53,874 nucleotides of DNA, taken from Octopus bimaculoides. Lineage: Eukaryota. Where the stretch lies: positions 162,043,656 through 162,097,529 of the forward strand of contig NC_068982.1 in NCBI RefSeq assembly GCF_001194135.2. Reading direction: 5' to 3'. Below are positions 38,905-52,385 of this stretch, piece after piece. Every line of letters begins with the position of its first letter. Within the stretch, counting starts at the first letter, position 1. A program made the translations under genes and the position numbers. A model generated the notes under the pieces. That model was not told the DNA's origin. It saw nothing but the letters and a program-made list of their open reading frames with translations, and ran no database searches.

Positions 38905-40561
38905 GTATGTTATTTTATGGATTTCATTAATGAAATGTTTGCATTGATACTAAAGGATTTAAATCTAAGGATTTAAATATGAAATTTACTTTAATCTAGG
39001 GAAAACATATTTATAATTTAGGTTTGCATAACTCTTTAAAAACTTTTGAAAGTTTGATATTTTCATTATTGTTCTTGTAGTTACAGAAAACTGTCAAACT
39101 AAATGCTTAGATATTTACCATCATATTCTGATTTCAACAGAGACTTGGGTTTAATTTGCCCAGAGTTAGCTTTACCCACTCCACAAATGTGTGGGGTTTG
39201 ATTCATATTAGAAATTATTATCACCACCACCATCATTATTGTCTGAAATAGGATATAGTTGTATAGTGTTAATTTCTCTGTGTCGAAAGTGGAAGTTTTT
39301 TTTCTGTTCTGTTTTTTCCTAAAACACAGTTCCATATCATTTACAGTCTTACGGTTTCATTGCTTTAAAGAAAGTTATTATTTTAAGCTGTGACAACTTT
39401 ACTTTTATTTCCTCCCAAGTTGTTAATAAAATAAGTAGAAGTGAAGTATTGATATTCATCAAAATCAGTAAAAAATTATTGCTTTCTCCCTACATTGAAA
39501 CAATATTAGCATCTGGCATCTAAAATGTTATCAGGTACTCACACTCCATCACAGTTAGGCAATGCGACCAGTGTAACTTACATGTCAGTTTTCTATAAAG
39601 GTGGGAAAGAGCTATGTTTGTGGGAAAACTCTTAGCATCAACAAGAACCAACTAGCTGGTCTGTTCCAGAGGCTTTTCAATTCCACTGCTGAAAGATCTC
39701 TAGAAGGGCTTTGAACTAGGAACTTTAGATATCTTCCAGAAATCCCTAACCTGAAACTGCAGTAGATGGGCAGCATTGCAAGTTTGAGATAGCTCTATAG
39801 GCACATAAGTGCCACCCGCTGGGACCGTCTCAGATGTGTGCTACATGATGAAACTATTTTGCTTGTGCTCATTCAGTGACATAGCATTGCTAATTTGCAG
39901 TGTTAGGTCACACAGCAGTTGTTTTTAGGACAAACTCTTACTGCTTTCCATTAACCAAGAACAAGCAGTCTACCTTTGTCTGGTGGCTATGGGGAAAACT
40001 TTTATGTCATGGACATTATTGAAAGGACTGAGGATAAACATTTTCCTCATCAGCTAAACTTTTATCAACATTGGCTTCTAATCCTTCTTGAAGAGGCAGG
40101 TACTATTTTCCTTAAATTTGTTGAAAGGTGAGTGAGGGTAGTGAGCATAGCTCTAGTGAATGGGGCTGTTAGATTCAGGAGAACAGCTCGGAGAGGGCAC
40201 ACACTTTGGTAGCCTAGAGAATCCTGAATCAGTGGAGTTCTTTGATCAAGGCCTTTGTGACAGTCGTGCTCATGGGACTGCCTCATGTATGTGTATATTG
40301 TATATACTGTTCATTTGTTTGGAGTTTTGTTCCCCCCTCCTCCATTTCATTCATTTTCTATTTAAACCCTCTTGTGTGTCCCTGTAATGCTTACTGGTCT
40401 GCCATCTTTGTGACAAAAATAAAGAGATTTCTTATCATCATCATTAACGCTAATTCTATTCTACAGAAATATGATAATTATTTCTGCATTACCTTATCTC
40501 TTTTTGAAGAAAATTCAATATAAAAAGAAAACATAGTTTATTTTTCTTTATCATTCTATTG

Positions 40562-40601
<40 letters not shown>

Positions 40602-41049
40602 GTGTAATTTATAGTTATATTAATTATTGATAATGTCTAAAGCCAGATTTTTAAAAAAAGTATTGTGGAGTGGCAAAAGCAGCAACCAAGAATTCACCAT
40701 GTGTGTGTGTGTGTGTGGACTGTTGTAGACACATTTTAATTATCATAACTACTGGAGAATAGGTTTAGAGTTACATATTGGTGTATGCTGTATAGTCAAT
40801 AAGATTTTGATTCAATTACATTTTAATCGTCATTAATTCAATATCATTAATTGATATTTTGAATATATTTTTATTGACAAACAAATTTCCTTTTATATAC
40901 ACACATATTTATATAAAGGGTAGGGTATATATCTTTATATATTAAGAGAGAGACAAATAGAAAGATGTTTATTTCTTTCTATGAAAACACACTAGCCCGA
41001 GCAAGAATGGGTTAGGAAAAGTTTGGACATTATTTATTACTTCTGCTGG

Positions 41050-41400
41050 TTATGAAAGTTTTCTGTTTGAGTGAAGGGTAGATTGCGTGATTCTTGTGTA
41101 ATAAGTGCAAGGTTGCTTGGCAACAAAATATTGGCATTGAATGAAAGGATATTGCAAAAGGTGAAAGAAAATGAGGTGAGCATTCTGTGTTGGATGTGTA
41201 GTGTTACTGTGTCTGAACAACAGAGGGAGGTAAGAGAGAAACTGAGTATAACAGGAATCAGTTTTAATGTATAAGAAAGAAGACTGAGCTGGTATAGTCA
41301 TGTAATACGTATGAAGGATAACAGTTGAGCAAAGACGTACTGAGTGATTAAAGTGGATGGAAGCTGCAGAAGAGGACAACTGTTGGAAAGACCAACTCCT
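41050..41400 (+). mobile_element. RTE LINE ORF2 C-terminal fragment, decayed
   Basis: KGRLRDSCV...NEVSILCWMCSVTVSEQQREVREKLSITGI...RRLSWYSHVIRM is homologous to the 8165 copy. Confidence 0.8.
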
Positions 41401-42479
41401 AGTTAAAAGAATCTTCAAAAACATTTTGTTTTTATGCTTTTGACTGTTGTGAGCCTAAATGAGACCCCTTCTTCTTTTACCTAATTACTAACTGGTTACC
41501 AAAACAAACAGAAAAAAAATAAATGTTCACTTCACGATCATGTAGCTCCAACTTTGATCCTGTTACACAGTTTATTGGACAAGTATCTTCTACCATAGTT
41601 TCCAGTTGACCAATACCATATGAGTGAAATTTAGTAGATGGATAATGTGCTGAAGCCCATTGGTTGTGTGTTTGAATATATGTGTGTATGTGTGTGCATA
41701 CATGCGTACCCACATGCATGCATGCACACATGCGTGCATGTGCACACACACACATGTAAGTATGTATGTATGTCATTATTCAGTTGTTATTTCAAGATTT
41801 CTTGCAAATAGAGAAAGAACTGGTTTCTAACCTAGATCCAAGGTTCCTTCATTGGAATTTATATGTGCAGATTTGTATGTTTTCTTTTATGTATGTCTTC
41901 TCATGCATATACTTGTATTTCTATACATGCTCATATATACTTAAATGATATGTGTGTGTGTGTGTGTGAAAATGAATGAAAACACAAAAGCTGATTCAAT
42001 GGTACAGGGTGGATACAATTTGTTTCACATAATTATGCTATATTGCAGAACCATATTCATCAGACTTTTAGTTTCTTTTAGAGAAGTGGTTATCAATCGG
42101 GCTCCATATAAGATTTTTTTGTTATCAAAATTTAGGTGCAATAAATTGCTTATACTTCTACAATGCACTAAATATTTTAACCTTTTTACTGTACATTTCC
42201 AAATATTATTTAATTGTAAAAATATAATGGGACTTTCTAGACATTGGATGGCTATGAGGGTCCGCCCAAGTGAAATAGGAATAAAAAGAATCCATTGGTA
42301 AAAGATGTGTCTTTAAAATGTCCTTTTTCCACTCCAGTTTACTCCAGAACAGACAAAAGAAGACAGTCTGTTAGAGGCTAAAAGATTGAGGAATGTGATT
42401 ATGCAGTATAACGTAATTGGATGAAACAAATTTTAGCTACCCTAAGGTTTTTGAATCCTAACTTTTGATTCTGTTGAAT

Positions 42480-42836
42480 CATGGGTTCTCAACCTATAGA
42501 CCACTTTGATAACTATTTTATTTTGGTGGAACCCCCCCCCCCCACATAGCCATTCGATGTTTAAAAACTAGCTTTATGGATGCTTCTTCCAAATTCCTAT
42601 TTTGTTTTTCACACATTGACTTCTTGTAGGACGAACTATGTAAAATGTTAGAGAAGGAAGCCTAGCTGTTTCATTTGCAATACAAATCAATACATACAAC
42701 AAAACTTATTCAAGGGCTCTTCAAATACTATTGTGAAACCCCAATTTACTATTTTGTTTTGTGAAACCCCAATTTACTATTTTGTTTTGTGAACCCCTCC
42801 CTCAAATCTTATATGGACCCCAGTTGAGAAACACTG
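42480..42836. mobile_element. hAT-type MITE
   Basis: Termini catgggttctcaac / gttgagaaacactg. The flanking 8-mers tgttgaat and agttaaat match at 6/8 (decayed TSD). Contains an internal 28-bp tandem duplication gtgaaaccccaatttactattttgtttt. Confidence 0.75.
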
Positions 42837-45019
42837 AGTTAAATTAAAACTCTAACAAATTGGTATTCAGTATTATTGTCTCGTATATCAACACATTTCA
42901 GTTATTCACACATACTCTGACATGCTGCTGGTAATTCACTCTGTTGCTATTCAGTTTCTCACTTGATGCAGCCATCCAGACAACAATGGACTTTAAAGCT
43001 TTTCGCCTGAAAGACTACTTCAAGAGGGAAACCTTGACTAGTGACATTAAATCACCAATGTCATTCAAATGAATATATATCATGTATACTCTTTCTGTTG
43101 TTTATGAAACACATGTACACACACATAGATATGTATACATACACTCAACAAGCCTTTAGTTAAAAAAATATCTGTGTTTGGGCAGATGGATGGCAGTCTA
43201 CTTTGTGGAATTTGTTTATGTTTGTTTATGATCCAAGTTCAGATATCACCCAGGCAGACATTGCTTTACCTCCTTCCTAGATCAATTAAATAAGTTTCCA
43301 GACCCCATTACATTTGACATTATTAACTGACTAAAACCTTCAAAGGCAGCACCAAGTGACTGAAAAAATGAACACAATAAAAGAATGATATTTTTGAAAT
43401 TTTATGTAATCAACTCTTTGTAAGAGACTTGTTTCTAATATCCAATAATCTATATCGGTAAGTAATATGGAAGCCATGTCAGCCATTTACCTTCATCCTC
43501 TTCCCACTACCACCCACTGTTGTTCTATAAATATTGTCGCAGAATCAATGGACTCTCTGTTTACAGACTTCAGTTTTTTTATTTATTTATTTATTTATTT
43601 ATTTATATTTACTTTTATTTTTGAGAAATAACAAAAGAAACAGTTGAGCCTAGAAATTCTTTTGAGAAATAAATCTCATAAAGAGAGAGAGTGAGCAAAA
43701 GTGAGATAGATATTGAGTGAGTGAGTGAGTGAGTGAGTGAGTGAGAGCAAGTTAGAATGAATGAGCAAGATGGAGAGATAGAATGGAAGAGACAGCAACA
43801 AATTGAAAGAGAAAAAAAGACGAGGAAAGAGAGAGAGAGAGAGAGAGATACTGAGAAGAATGTGTGTGTGTGTGTGTAGAAAGAGATACAGTAAGAATAT
43901 TCCTGCAATGTTGATATGTTGGTTAACATCACTTGTGTGCTAATAGGTTTCCTACATAAAGTACTTATTATGATTATCTTTCTTGTAATTTCATTAGTAA
44001 GGCTTCAGGCTGGGATTATATCTTTGGCCAATCATTTCCTGACTTCAAGTTAGGACAGAGTTTTTGTTCAACAAAATAGTTTCTGCAACTGCTTGAAACT
44101 GTGGACAACACTGTGTGTGTGTGTGTGTGTGTATGTGTGTGTGCGTGCGTGCATGTGTTTGTGTATGTGTGCACGTGCATGCAAGAAAAAGAGAGAGAGA
44201 GAAGGTGGGGAGTCAGAGAGAAAGAGACTATGTTCTTGTGTGTGAATATTATACTCCCTCACATATCTTTCACAAATGAATTGGCTTCTCTGTTCTGCTT
44301 TGCCAACCAGCTCATTCTGTCAATGATTATGATGATGATGATGATGGAGATCATACTCTCTTCACAACCCTTTCATATATTTTATTCAGTTGAATTTTTT
44401 TTTTTTTCATGTTTTGATACTAAATACTTCTAGATCTTTATAAAGTCAACATTTCTACCACACAAATATCATCATTATTATTAGTAGTAGTAGTATAGGT
44501 GGTGGTGGTGGCAGTGGCAGCAGTAGTAGTAGTAGTAGCAGTAGCAGCAGTAGTAATAGCAGAAGCAACAGCAGCAGTTTTTGGAAAACAAAACCTTGAG
44601 CTCATGCTATTGACTTGGGCCAACCAAAGCCTTGTGAGTGGATTTGGTGGGCAGAAACTGAAAGAAGCCTGTTTGTGTGTGTTTGTTTTATTGTCTCCTG
44701 ATTTTGACATTGTGTGATAGTTGTAATGTTTTTCATGTCTAATCTTCTGCGGAAATATGTCCCGCCATAGAGAAATATTAACTTACTTGGGGACAGGTGA
44801 GGGTTGGTGACAAGATAGGCATCCAACCATAGAAATCCTATCTCAATGAATTCCATCCAGTCCATGTGATCATGGAAAGTGGACATTAAAATGATGATTA
44901 ATATCTGTCTGTCTATAAGTATAGATGTGTGTGTACACATACGTATGCATGAAAAAGTACGATAAGCACAAGCTGCAGTTCCTTACATACGTTTTGTTCC
45001 TTATATATGTTTTGCTATT

Positions 45020-45176
45020 AGTGGACGTTCGTAGTGCAGTTAGATACAGATGCAGATCTCCAACAGTTCATCAAAGGAACACTTTATTAGATTATGTTGA
45101 CACAGGAGATAATGTAATAGGGTGATGAACTATTGGAAATCTACATCTGCATCTTACTGCACTATGAACAGCCACT
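45020..45176. repeat. 157-bp inverted repeat with 54-bp arms
   Basis: 45020-45073 versus the reverse complement of 45123-45176 match at 46/54 with no gaps. An inner stem tattagattat/ataatgtaata lies in the loop. Confidence 0.95.
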
Positions 45177-47100
45177 GCAGAAGATGCAAATAGTTACAAT
45201 GGCAAAACATACATAAGGAACAAATAGTATAGACTGCATCTTGTGTTTATTATAATTTTTCCTATATTTGCTCTGTATATCATAACCAGCAATACCACTA
45301 AGTACAATAATAACCACACCATTTAACTGGAAGTAGACTGGATAATGATACTCTATGTGGATTTCTTTTGTGGACCATTGTTAACCCTTTTTACTAGATA
45401 TAACTGTAACCTGATAATGCCTCTTATGTTATTTTAATAGTGTATTAATCCTTCCTGCTTTCTAAACTCTTTGACAAAACTTTCTTCCTTAGAAATGCAG
45501 TGTCCTTCTCCTGCCCATTTTAACACCTTCCTATTCAGTACTTCTTTTACAGAAATTTCAAGTTAAGCTTCAAGTGAACTGATATTGCCACTATAGAAGA
45601 GTCCTATCGTTACTGTCCAGCATGACCCACACTCTTCCTTTAATCTGAAATTGTTATATAACACATTTAACTAACTGCTACTGAGTAATAAATACTTCGT
45701 TATTTATCCTCAACCTCTTGTTTTTTATCAGTCTTGGCCCAGTTTGGCCTCTATATAGAAACTTCACTCAATTTATATTACTGAAGCATAATTCATATTA
45801 CGCTTCACTCATTTTATATTACTAATGTTTGTAAGATACGTATATCACAGGCCCAAATCTCATGTTAGTGTGGGACACAGCAACCCTACCTTTTTATATT
45901 TGGGATTGACAGACTCAACAGAGCACTGAACAGAATGACTTGCAATATGTTTTTAGATTTCTTTGTATTCTGGATATAAACTGGGGCCATGTTGACCTTA
46001 CATTCTTCAAGAGTCAAGTACCAATACTAGTTAATTGCTGTGGTTGATATAATTACCTATATTCAACCCTGTAACTTATGTTAATGTTAGAATATATTAT
46101 TTTGTTACATTTCATACAATTTGACATAAATCTATTCATATTATTACAGTGGGTAGAATAGAGACATAGAAAGAATTATGTAGTAGATGTTTAAGCCACA
46201 AGTTAACTTCAATTGAAGACCTATTAATCAAAGGCATTCTGGCCATGATTATCCTGTCTTTCTAGACGTATATGTTGGTCTATATTATTCATATGCTGTT
46301 TTCTTTCCCATGATTGTAAGGTATTATTTGTAGATTTGTATTGTGCATAGCATCGCAAGCAGCATAGCAGCTCTCTGATTGGCTTGTACTACAGGATATA
46401 GAAACTACTGGAGTTGTGTCTAGTCAAGAGTTAATATTTTCTCATGACCCACTTACTTGAACCATATATTATTTTCTCAGTCAGTTTGGTTTTCTTTGTT
46501 CTTTCTTTTTGCTGCTTAAACCATGAGTTCTTCTCCCAGCCAATGTGGCTTACTTCTCTTCTTATAACAGGCAGCAATTATTTCAATTAGATTTTCTGTA
46601 AAGACTAAAGCAACAATGAAACAGAACATTTTTCTTCTTTGTAGAAAGATCTCCACACAAATTGGCTCATTTGGGTGTGTGTGGGTTTCTTTTATTGTCA
46701 ATCATTGGATTGTGGCCAAGCTGGAGTGGTGCCATTAGGGAATATTTTGTTGATTATATCACAGCCCAGTACTTTGGTAGTTATTTTATCAATCTTGAAA
46801 AGAAAGAAAAAAGAGGCAACTTGACCTTGGCATAAAGTAACTAGAAAAGAACTAATTTTACTAAGTCATTACAAACAGTTATACTTATGTATATATTATA
46901 CCATAGATATATTAATACTACAAAACACTTGTAACTAATATTTCCTCTAGATTTTTGCTTTAGCTATGTGCAGAAATTTACTTTTTTCCAAATTTCATTT
47001 TCATTTGTAAAATGTGTACATCCATAACATCTCCAAGAAGAATTACTCTCTGACCTTGCTAACTATTGCCCTATTGCACTTATTTCTAATACATCTAAGG

Positions 47101-47622
47101 CAAGGGTCACCAAACTATGGTCCATGAGGTCAGTTCATCCGGCCCGCCACCATACTGTACCTTTTGTGTAAGTACCTGCAATGAGAGTTCATTTGCCTCT
47201 GGTATGGCATCAGTGTTTGGAACAACTTATGTCTGTGAGCAAACATTTTCAAAATTGAAATATGTGAAGTCAGCACATCGAACAAAGTTGACTGATGAAC
47301 ATTTGAAAGCAATTCTCTTGATTGGATGCAGAATTTCTAAAGCAAATATTAATGATATCTTAAGCGCTAAACACCAGTTTCACAAATCTCACTAACTTTT
47401 TTTGCTGCCTAGTTTGTGAGATTCGGATATGTGCACACTGGATGTGATATGACTATCTTATTGCTAACATCGCCTTCTTTGATAACTATTTGGTAAGTAA
47501 ATATGTTGGTTGTCTATATTTGTTGTTTATTGACTGTATTGTACTGAACAAAATGGTTATGCAGCCTGCGTCCGTCATTCTCTCAGTTATCTGGCCCGCT
47601 GTGAAAGTTTGGTGACCCCCTG
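47101..47622 (+). mobile_element. Non-autonomous hAT (Buster/SPIN-like) element retaining the transposase C-terminal dimerization region
   Basis: TIRs caagggtcaccaaact / agtttggtgaccccctg. Perfect 8-bp TSD ATCTAAGG at 47093-47100 and 47623-47630 (nnnTAnnn). The ORF at 47117-47395 contains VFGTTYVCEQTFSKLKYVKSAHRTKLTDEHLKAIL. Confidence 0.92.
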
Positions 47623-47659
47623 ATCTAAGGTAATGGAATCAGCCATTAAAAATGTTTCC

Positions 47660-47698
<39 letters not shown>

Positions 47699-47699
47699 G

Positions 47700-48690
47700 C
47701 CACCAACGTGATTTTCATAAAGCCTGATCCACTGTTGACCTACTCTCATCTGTCACCTATCCAAAGGGCTCTTGTTGGAGGGGGTTAGTGAAAGAAATAT
47801 TGTCATCCCCAGCATCAGTAAAGAGTTTTCATGATGTCTCATGCAAAGCTCCTTTTAAAACTTCCTGCGTTTGGGCTCCATCTGTACCTTATCTCTTGGA
47901 TCAGTAGCTTCCTATTAGATTGCATTGTTGCTGCATATTTCTATCGCTCATTCTATCAATTCTCCTTTACCCCAGAGTTTGCTCTCTTCCTTTTACGTAT
48001 CAGTAACTTACTGCCTCATCAAACAACTTCCATTCTTATGCAGATGATATTACTTTTCATTATCCTCAACATTCTCTAACCATGTATTATCCACTTGCAA
48101 CCTAATCACAACATACCAAACTCATTGGTTCCATAAACAGATTTTGAAAGCATCTTTCACTAGGTATATGCAAGTCTTGTCTCTTTCAATAGTAAGGAAA
48201 AATCTGCTTTTATCAAGGAAACAGCATTGTACCACATTTCCTTGTCATCATAAGTAGCACTCAGTTCAAGTCCTCAGAATCACTCCAGTTGTTAGGTCTC
48301 GCTATCTTGTGATTCCCTCTTGGCAAAAAGCACATCCTTAACATTAGTAAGACTGCATTTCATTAACTGGCTCTTTCTCATAAGGGCTAGAAGATATTTT
48401 AGTCCTTAATGAAGTGGGACAGTGTTGCTGACATATGCACAAACATCTTAGACCGTACCCAGAAAAGAGCCATTTGATTGATTGGCATAAAGTCACTCAA
48501 AAGCATGCTCCAGCCTCAGTTCTTCAGAATTGCTATCTCTGTACACAAAGGACCCAACAAGTTAGGAAAGCATATGGTTTGTTCTCACTACATAGCACTG
48601 TGGGCGGGTGTCTTCAACTATTTCCACAGGCTGACCAATGCTTTATGAGTGGAATTTGTCAATAGAAACTGTACGACATCAACTGATATT
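47700..48690 (+). pseudogene. Decayed non-LTR retrotransposon reverse transcriptase (CR1/L2/Jockey-like)
   Basis: Peptide relics HQRDFHKA.STVDLLSSVT, ISKEF.DVS.KALLLKLPAFGLHLYLISWISSFL, MQMILL (ADD region) and LDRTQKRAI follow RT motif order, with many frameshifts. Clade assignment is uncertain. Confidence 0.75.
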
Positions 48691-49801
48691 GATGGGGGGG
48701 GGGGGAATTGTGTGTGTGTCTTTGTAAGGCTGGTCATGTTAGTTACTCGAGGTTATATGAACGAAAGCAAGCTAATAATAGATCATCACCACCTGAAAGA
48801 GTTACCCACGTTCTAAACATTACTTGTCTGTAGGCAGTCTAGAAATACTTATGTTTGTACACAACACCAATTGTCATCATTCTACGTTGCATTAAACTGA
48901 GAAGAGATATATGTAGCAGTTGTGATTGAAGCTACAAAGCATCAATTAAAACAAAATTATGTTGTAACTCATTGATAAGCAATAGTCATAATCATTATTT
49001 AGTTGACTTCCATCATCATATTTGTGTGTGTGTGTGTGTGTGTGTGTGTCTGTGTGTGTGTGTGTGTGTGTGATTACTGCATATACAAATCCTACCAGAC
49101 CAAAACTTGACATTCAAACTTACTCAGTTGATAAAAAAGTTTAATGAACTACGCCCCACCCTACAAAATTTGCCAAATTACCCCCTCTCTGCACTCATGT
49201 ATTGAAAGTTAGGACTTCTGGTCATTAGGGTGTGTAACTTTGTGTGTTACAAACATTTTGTACATGTGTCTGTCTATACAGATTCATTTACATACTGACA
49301 TATGTGTGCATGTGGGAGTGTTTGCAGTTTTTTGCTTTAATCCCAGAATAAAATGTATTAAATTTTGACATCCAGACCTAAAGTAAGAGTATTAAATGTT
49401 TGAATATCTCTCTCTCTCTCTTCCTCTTTCCCTCTCTTCCTCTCTCTCAGCATTATCCCCCGCCCAGCTGCTGCCCACCCTGCTTATGGCATGTTCCCAA
49501 ACATTAAGTAGAGTTAGTGAAAATACACATCACCATAAATCTCACACTATTGGTTAATTCTGGCTGTCAGCCGAAATATGTAAATATTGGCTTACACGAT
49601 CAATACCATTAAGTCTCTTCATAACATTACACTGACAATACTTAGAGTTGTCACACAGCTATACTACAGTGTGTAGTGAGGTGGGGTGATTTGGCTGGGT
49701 TTCTGTTGTTTAGTCCCTCATCAGACCTGATCCAGCAGCCATTAACAGTGACCTTCATGTCTTTGATTCAGTTGTAGTGTATGTAAGTAGGATAACATCA
49801 T

Positions 49802-50030
49802 TTAACCCTTTTCATAAAGTCGCACCTGAAACTGTACCTAGTTCTTTGATACAAACTTCCTATTTTAAATTGATCTTAATTAAATATTGCCATCAAAATT
49901 TCCTGCTAATTTATGTTCCGAGCACCAGCTTAATAATGTCAAAATTAATGTTGTAAGTTCTTCATAGCTTTCAAACTCATTGAAACAAAGGCAATGTATT
50001 TCAACAGAAATATGGTAACAAAGGGGTTAA
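49802..50030. mobile_element. TTAA-flanked MITE
   Basis: Begins ttaacccttt and ends aaaggggttaa. Related partial copies lie near 28920-29112, 32548 and 45381. Confidence 0.7.
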
Positions 50031-50083
50031 TGTGTCCTTCCTTGTTTTTATTTTCAATAAAGTATCATCTGAAGGAGATTTGG

Positions 50084-50119
<36 letters not shown>

Positions 50120-50815
50120 ATATATATATATCTCTCTCTCTCTCTCACACACACACAAAATAACTGTCATCACATTTGTACATAGTCTTTGTTTCTTCAG
50201 TAAATTGTAACTACAAATAAGAAACACTACTACAATCGAAGAATATATTGAAAATAAAGTTGCAGTTTTAAAAATGTATTTTGCTACAATGGTAAAGGAA
50301 AACTTAGTAGATATCAGTGTGTAAGTGTATGCATGTATGTGTACATTATGTTTATGTAAAATATGTTTGTTTACATATGCCTATGTACACTGCTTTGTAT
50401 ATATGTTTCTATTTATGTGTGTGTGTGTGTGTACATTTATGTCTGTGTGAAATTGTGGGTTTATTTTGTTAATTACTTTATGCTCTCCATTTAAAATTGA
50501 GAAGACTAACTTCATATACGCAAAGAAACCATGTATCGTGCAATTGTTCCTAGAGGAAAATAATCTTTTATTTTTTTTTGTGGTTAATGTTGTGTAACTA
50601 TAACTTAAACAACCGTCAGACATCTGAAGGAATTGTAAATGTACCATTATTGTATCTTATATCATCTATTGTATAAGATTTAGTGCCAGCTGTCAAATGT
50701 TATTGTTTTTTTTTTATAGAGATGTCTCTATTCAAAGATGACATTGTTAAGTGGTTCTTATGTTAATCAAGACATGCAGGTCACTTTGACATGACACAGA
50801 TAATTGGGAGAATTG

Positions 50816-50860
<45 letters not shown>

Positions 50861-50944
50861 TACATACAATATAAAGGTAATACTTTTGATAAGAACATAA
50901 AACCATGCAAGTATTTCAATTGTTATCTGTGAATTTACTTTGTT

Positions 50945-51920
50945 TGAGAGAAAAGTTAGACATAAGAGGAATCAGATGTAGCATGCAGGAGAGAAGAATG
51001 GTTTGGTCATTTAGTGCATATGAATGGGGACAACTGTATAAAAAAGTGCCAATCATTTAAAGTGGGAGGGAGACCCAGACAGACATGGGATGAAATAGTG
51101 AGGGCCAGTTTCAATATGTTAAGCTTCACAGAGATGACAGTGGACTGAGATGTTTTGTAATGTTAGGTTCTTGAAAAGACCTTCCCACCTCAGCAAAACT
51201 GAGTTCAGGCAGTGCTGTGTATTATGTGTTCCCCAGCCAAGCATTACATTAAATCTTTCTACACCAATGAAGCAACTGTTTATTTCTCTACTCCACTTCT
51301 CCTGTAGCCCAGTGACACTTTGTCCCCTCTCTCTCTCCCAACTGTGTCATTGCTATCCTATTATTCCTTTACATACCCATGTTCACCACTCACTCCATTC
51401 CTTTTCTTCTCCCATCTTCTACTCTTGTTTCACACTCTTGTGAATTCCTTGTTCATTTATCCTGTCCAGTACTCCTATTACATTCCACTTGCATTCACCT
51501 CTTTGTACCTTGAAAGTACATCTTGGCACATCTTCACTGCCATCTTTCCACCTCCACTCTCTCTCACCTTCCACCTACTCCGCTGACCGGGTTAGCAATG
51601 TATCTCCTCTAGAGCAAGACACCAGTTTCTGTCTCACTTTCATAGTTTAACCTCTCATTACCCCACCAAAAAACCACTCCCCCTCTCAGTCAAGGGGATC
51701 TTTGTCTTACAATTTACTTGGTGACTTCACCAGTGCTGGCACCATGTAAGAAGCATCCAGTATCAGTATACTTTATAAAGTGGCTGGCATTTGGAAGGAC
51801 ACCCTGTTGTAGAAACCATATGAAAGCAGACAGCAGAGCTTGGCACAATACTCTAGCTCACCAGCTCCTATCAAACTATCCAACTTGTGTGAGCATGAAA
51901 AACAGACATTAAATGATGGC
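50945..51920 (+). mobile_element. RTE LINE 3' end: ORF2 end, pyrimidine-rich spacer and conserved tail
   Basis: REKLDIRGIRCSMQERR..FGH...GRPRQTWDEIV at 50945-51150, then a C/T-rich stretch at about 51180-51700, then the tail at about 51710-51920 ending gacattaaatgatg. Confidence 0.75.
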
Positions 51921-52354
51921 AAGGACATGTGTAATAATGTGAGAGTTGAGTAGATTCAAAGTCCCATACCTATTTTATGTGACAACTTTTTGTTAAATCA
52001 CATTTTAAACACAACCATAGTATATCAATAAACATTATAGTGTTTGACTATATTTTAATATTTAAGACACATTATGGAGTGTTGGTAGTAATGGTTCACT
52101 AAAGGATCACTACAGGTTAAAACACCAAATTTATATATTCAGAACATGACATTTGCCAGTCATTGTTAGTCATTTGACTGACTCGTTGCTTGCTAAAAGT
52201 TTGTATGATCATGACCAACGTGGAACAACACAGCAACAACAAGACCAAATTTAGGAGTTCTTGTGATTCTTAGAAACATGTTAAGGTTTATATATTTTAA
52301 GTATTTATTGAAAGTGATTTTTAAAATTTAATTAATCTTTATTTATTTATTTGT

Positions 52355-52385
<31 letters not shown>

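Noticed and set aside
42986-43072. Short ORF MDFKAFRLKDYFKRETLTSDIKSPMSFK*
   Set aside because: No usable donor, only a weak upstream acceptor, and no recognisable homology.
43450-43463. Consensus donor CG|gtaagt
   Set aside because: The upstream phase-0 frame is closed by stops and there is no acceptor or promoter support.
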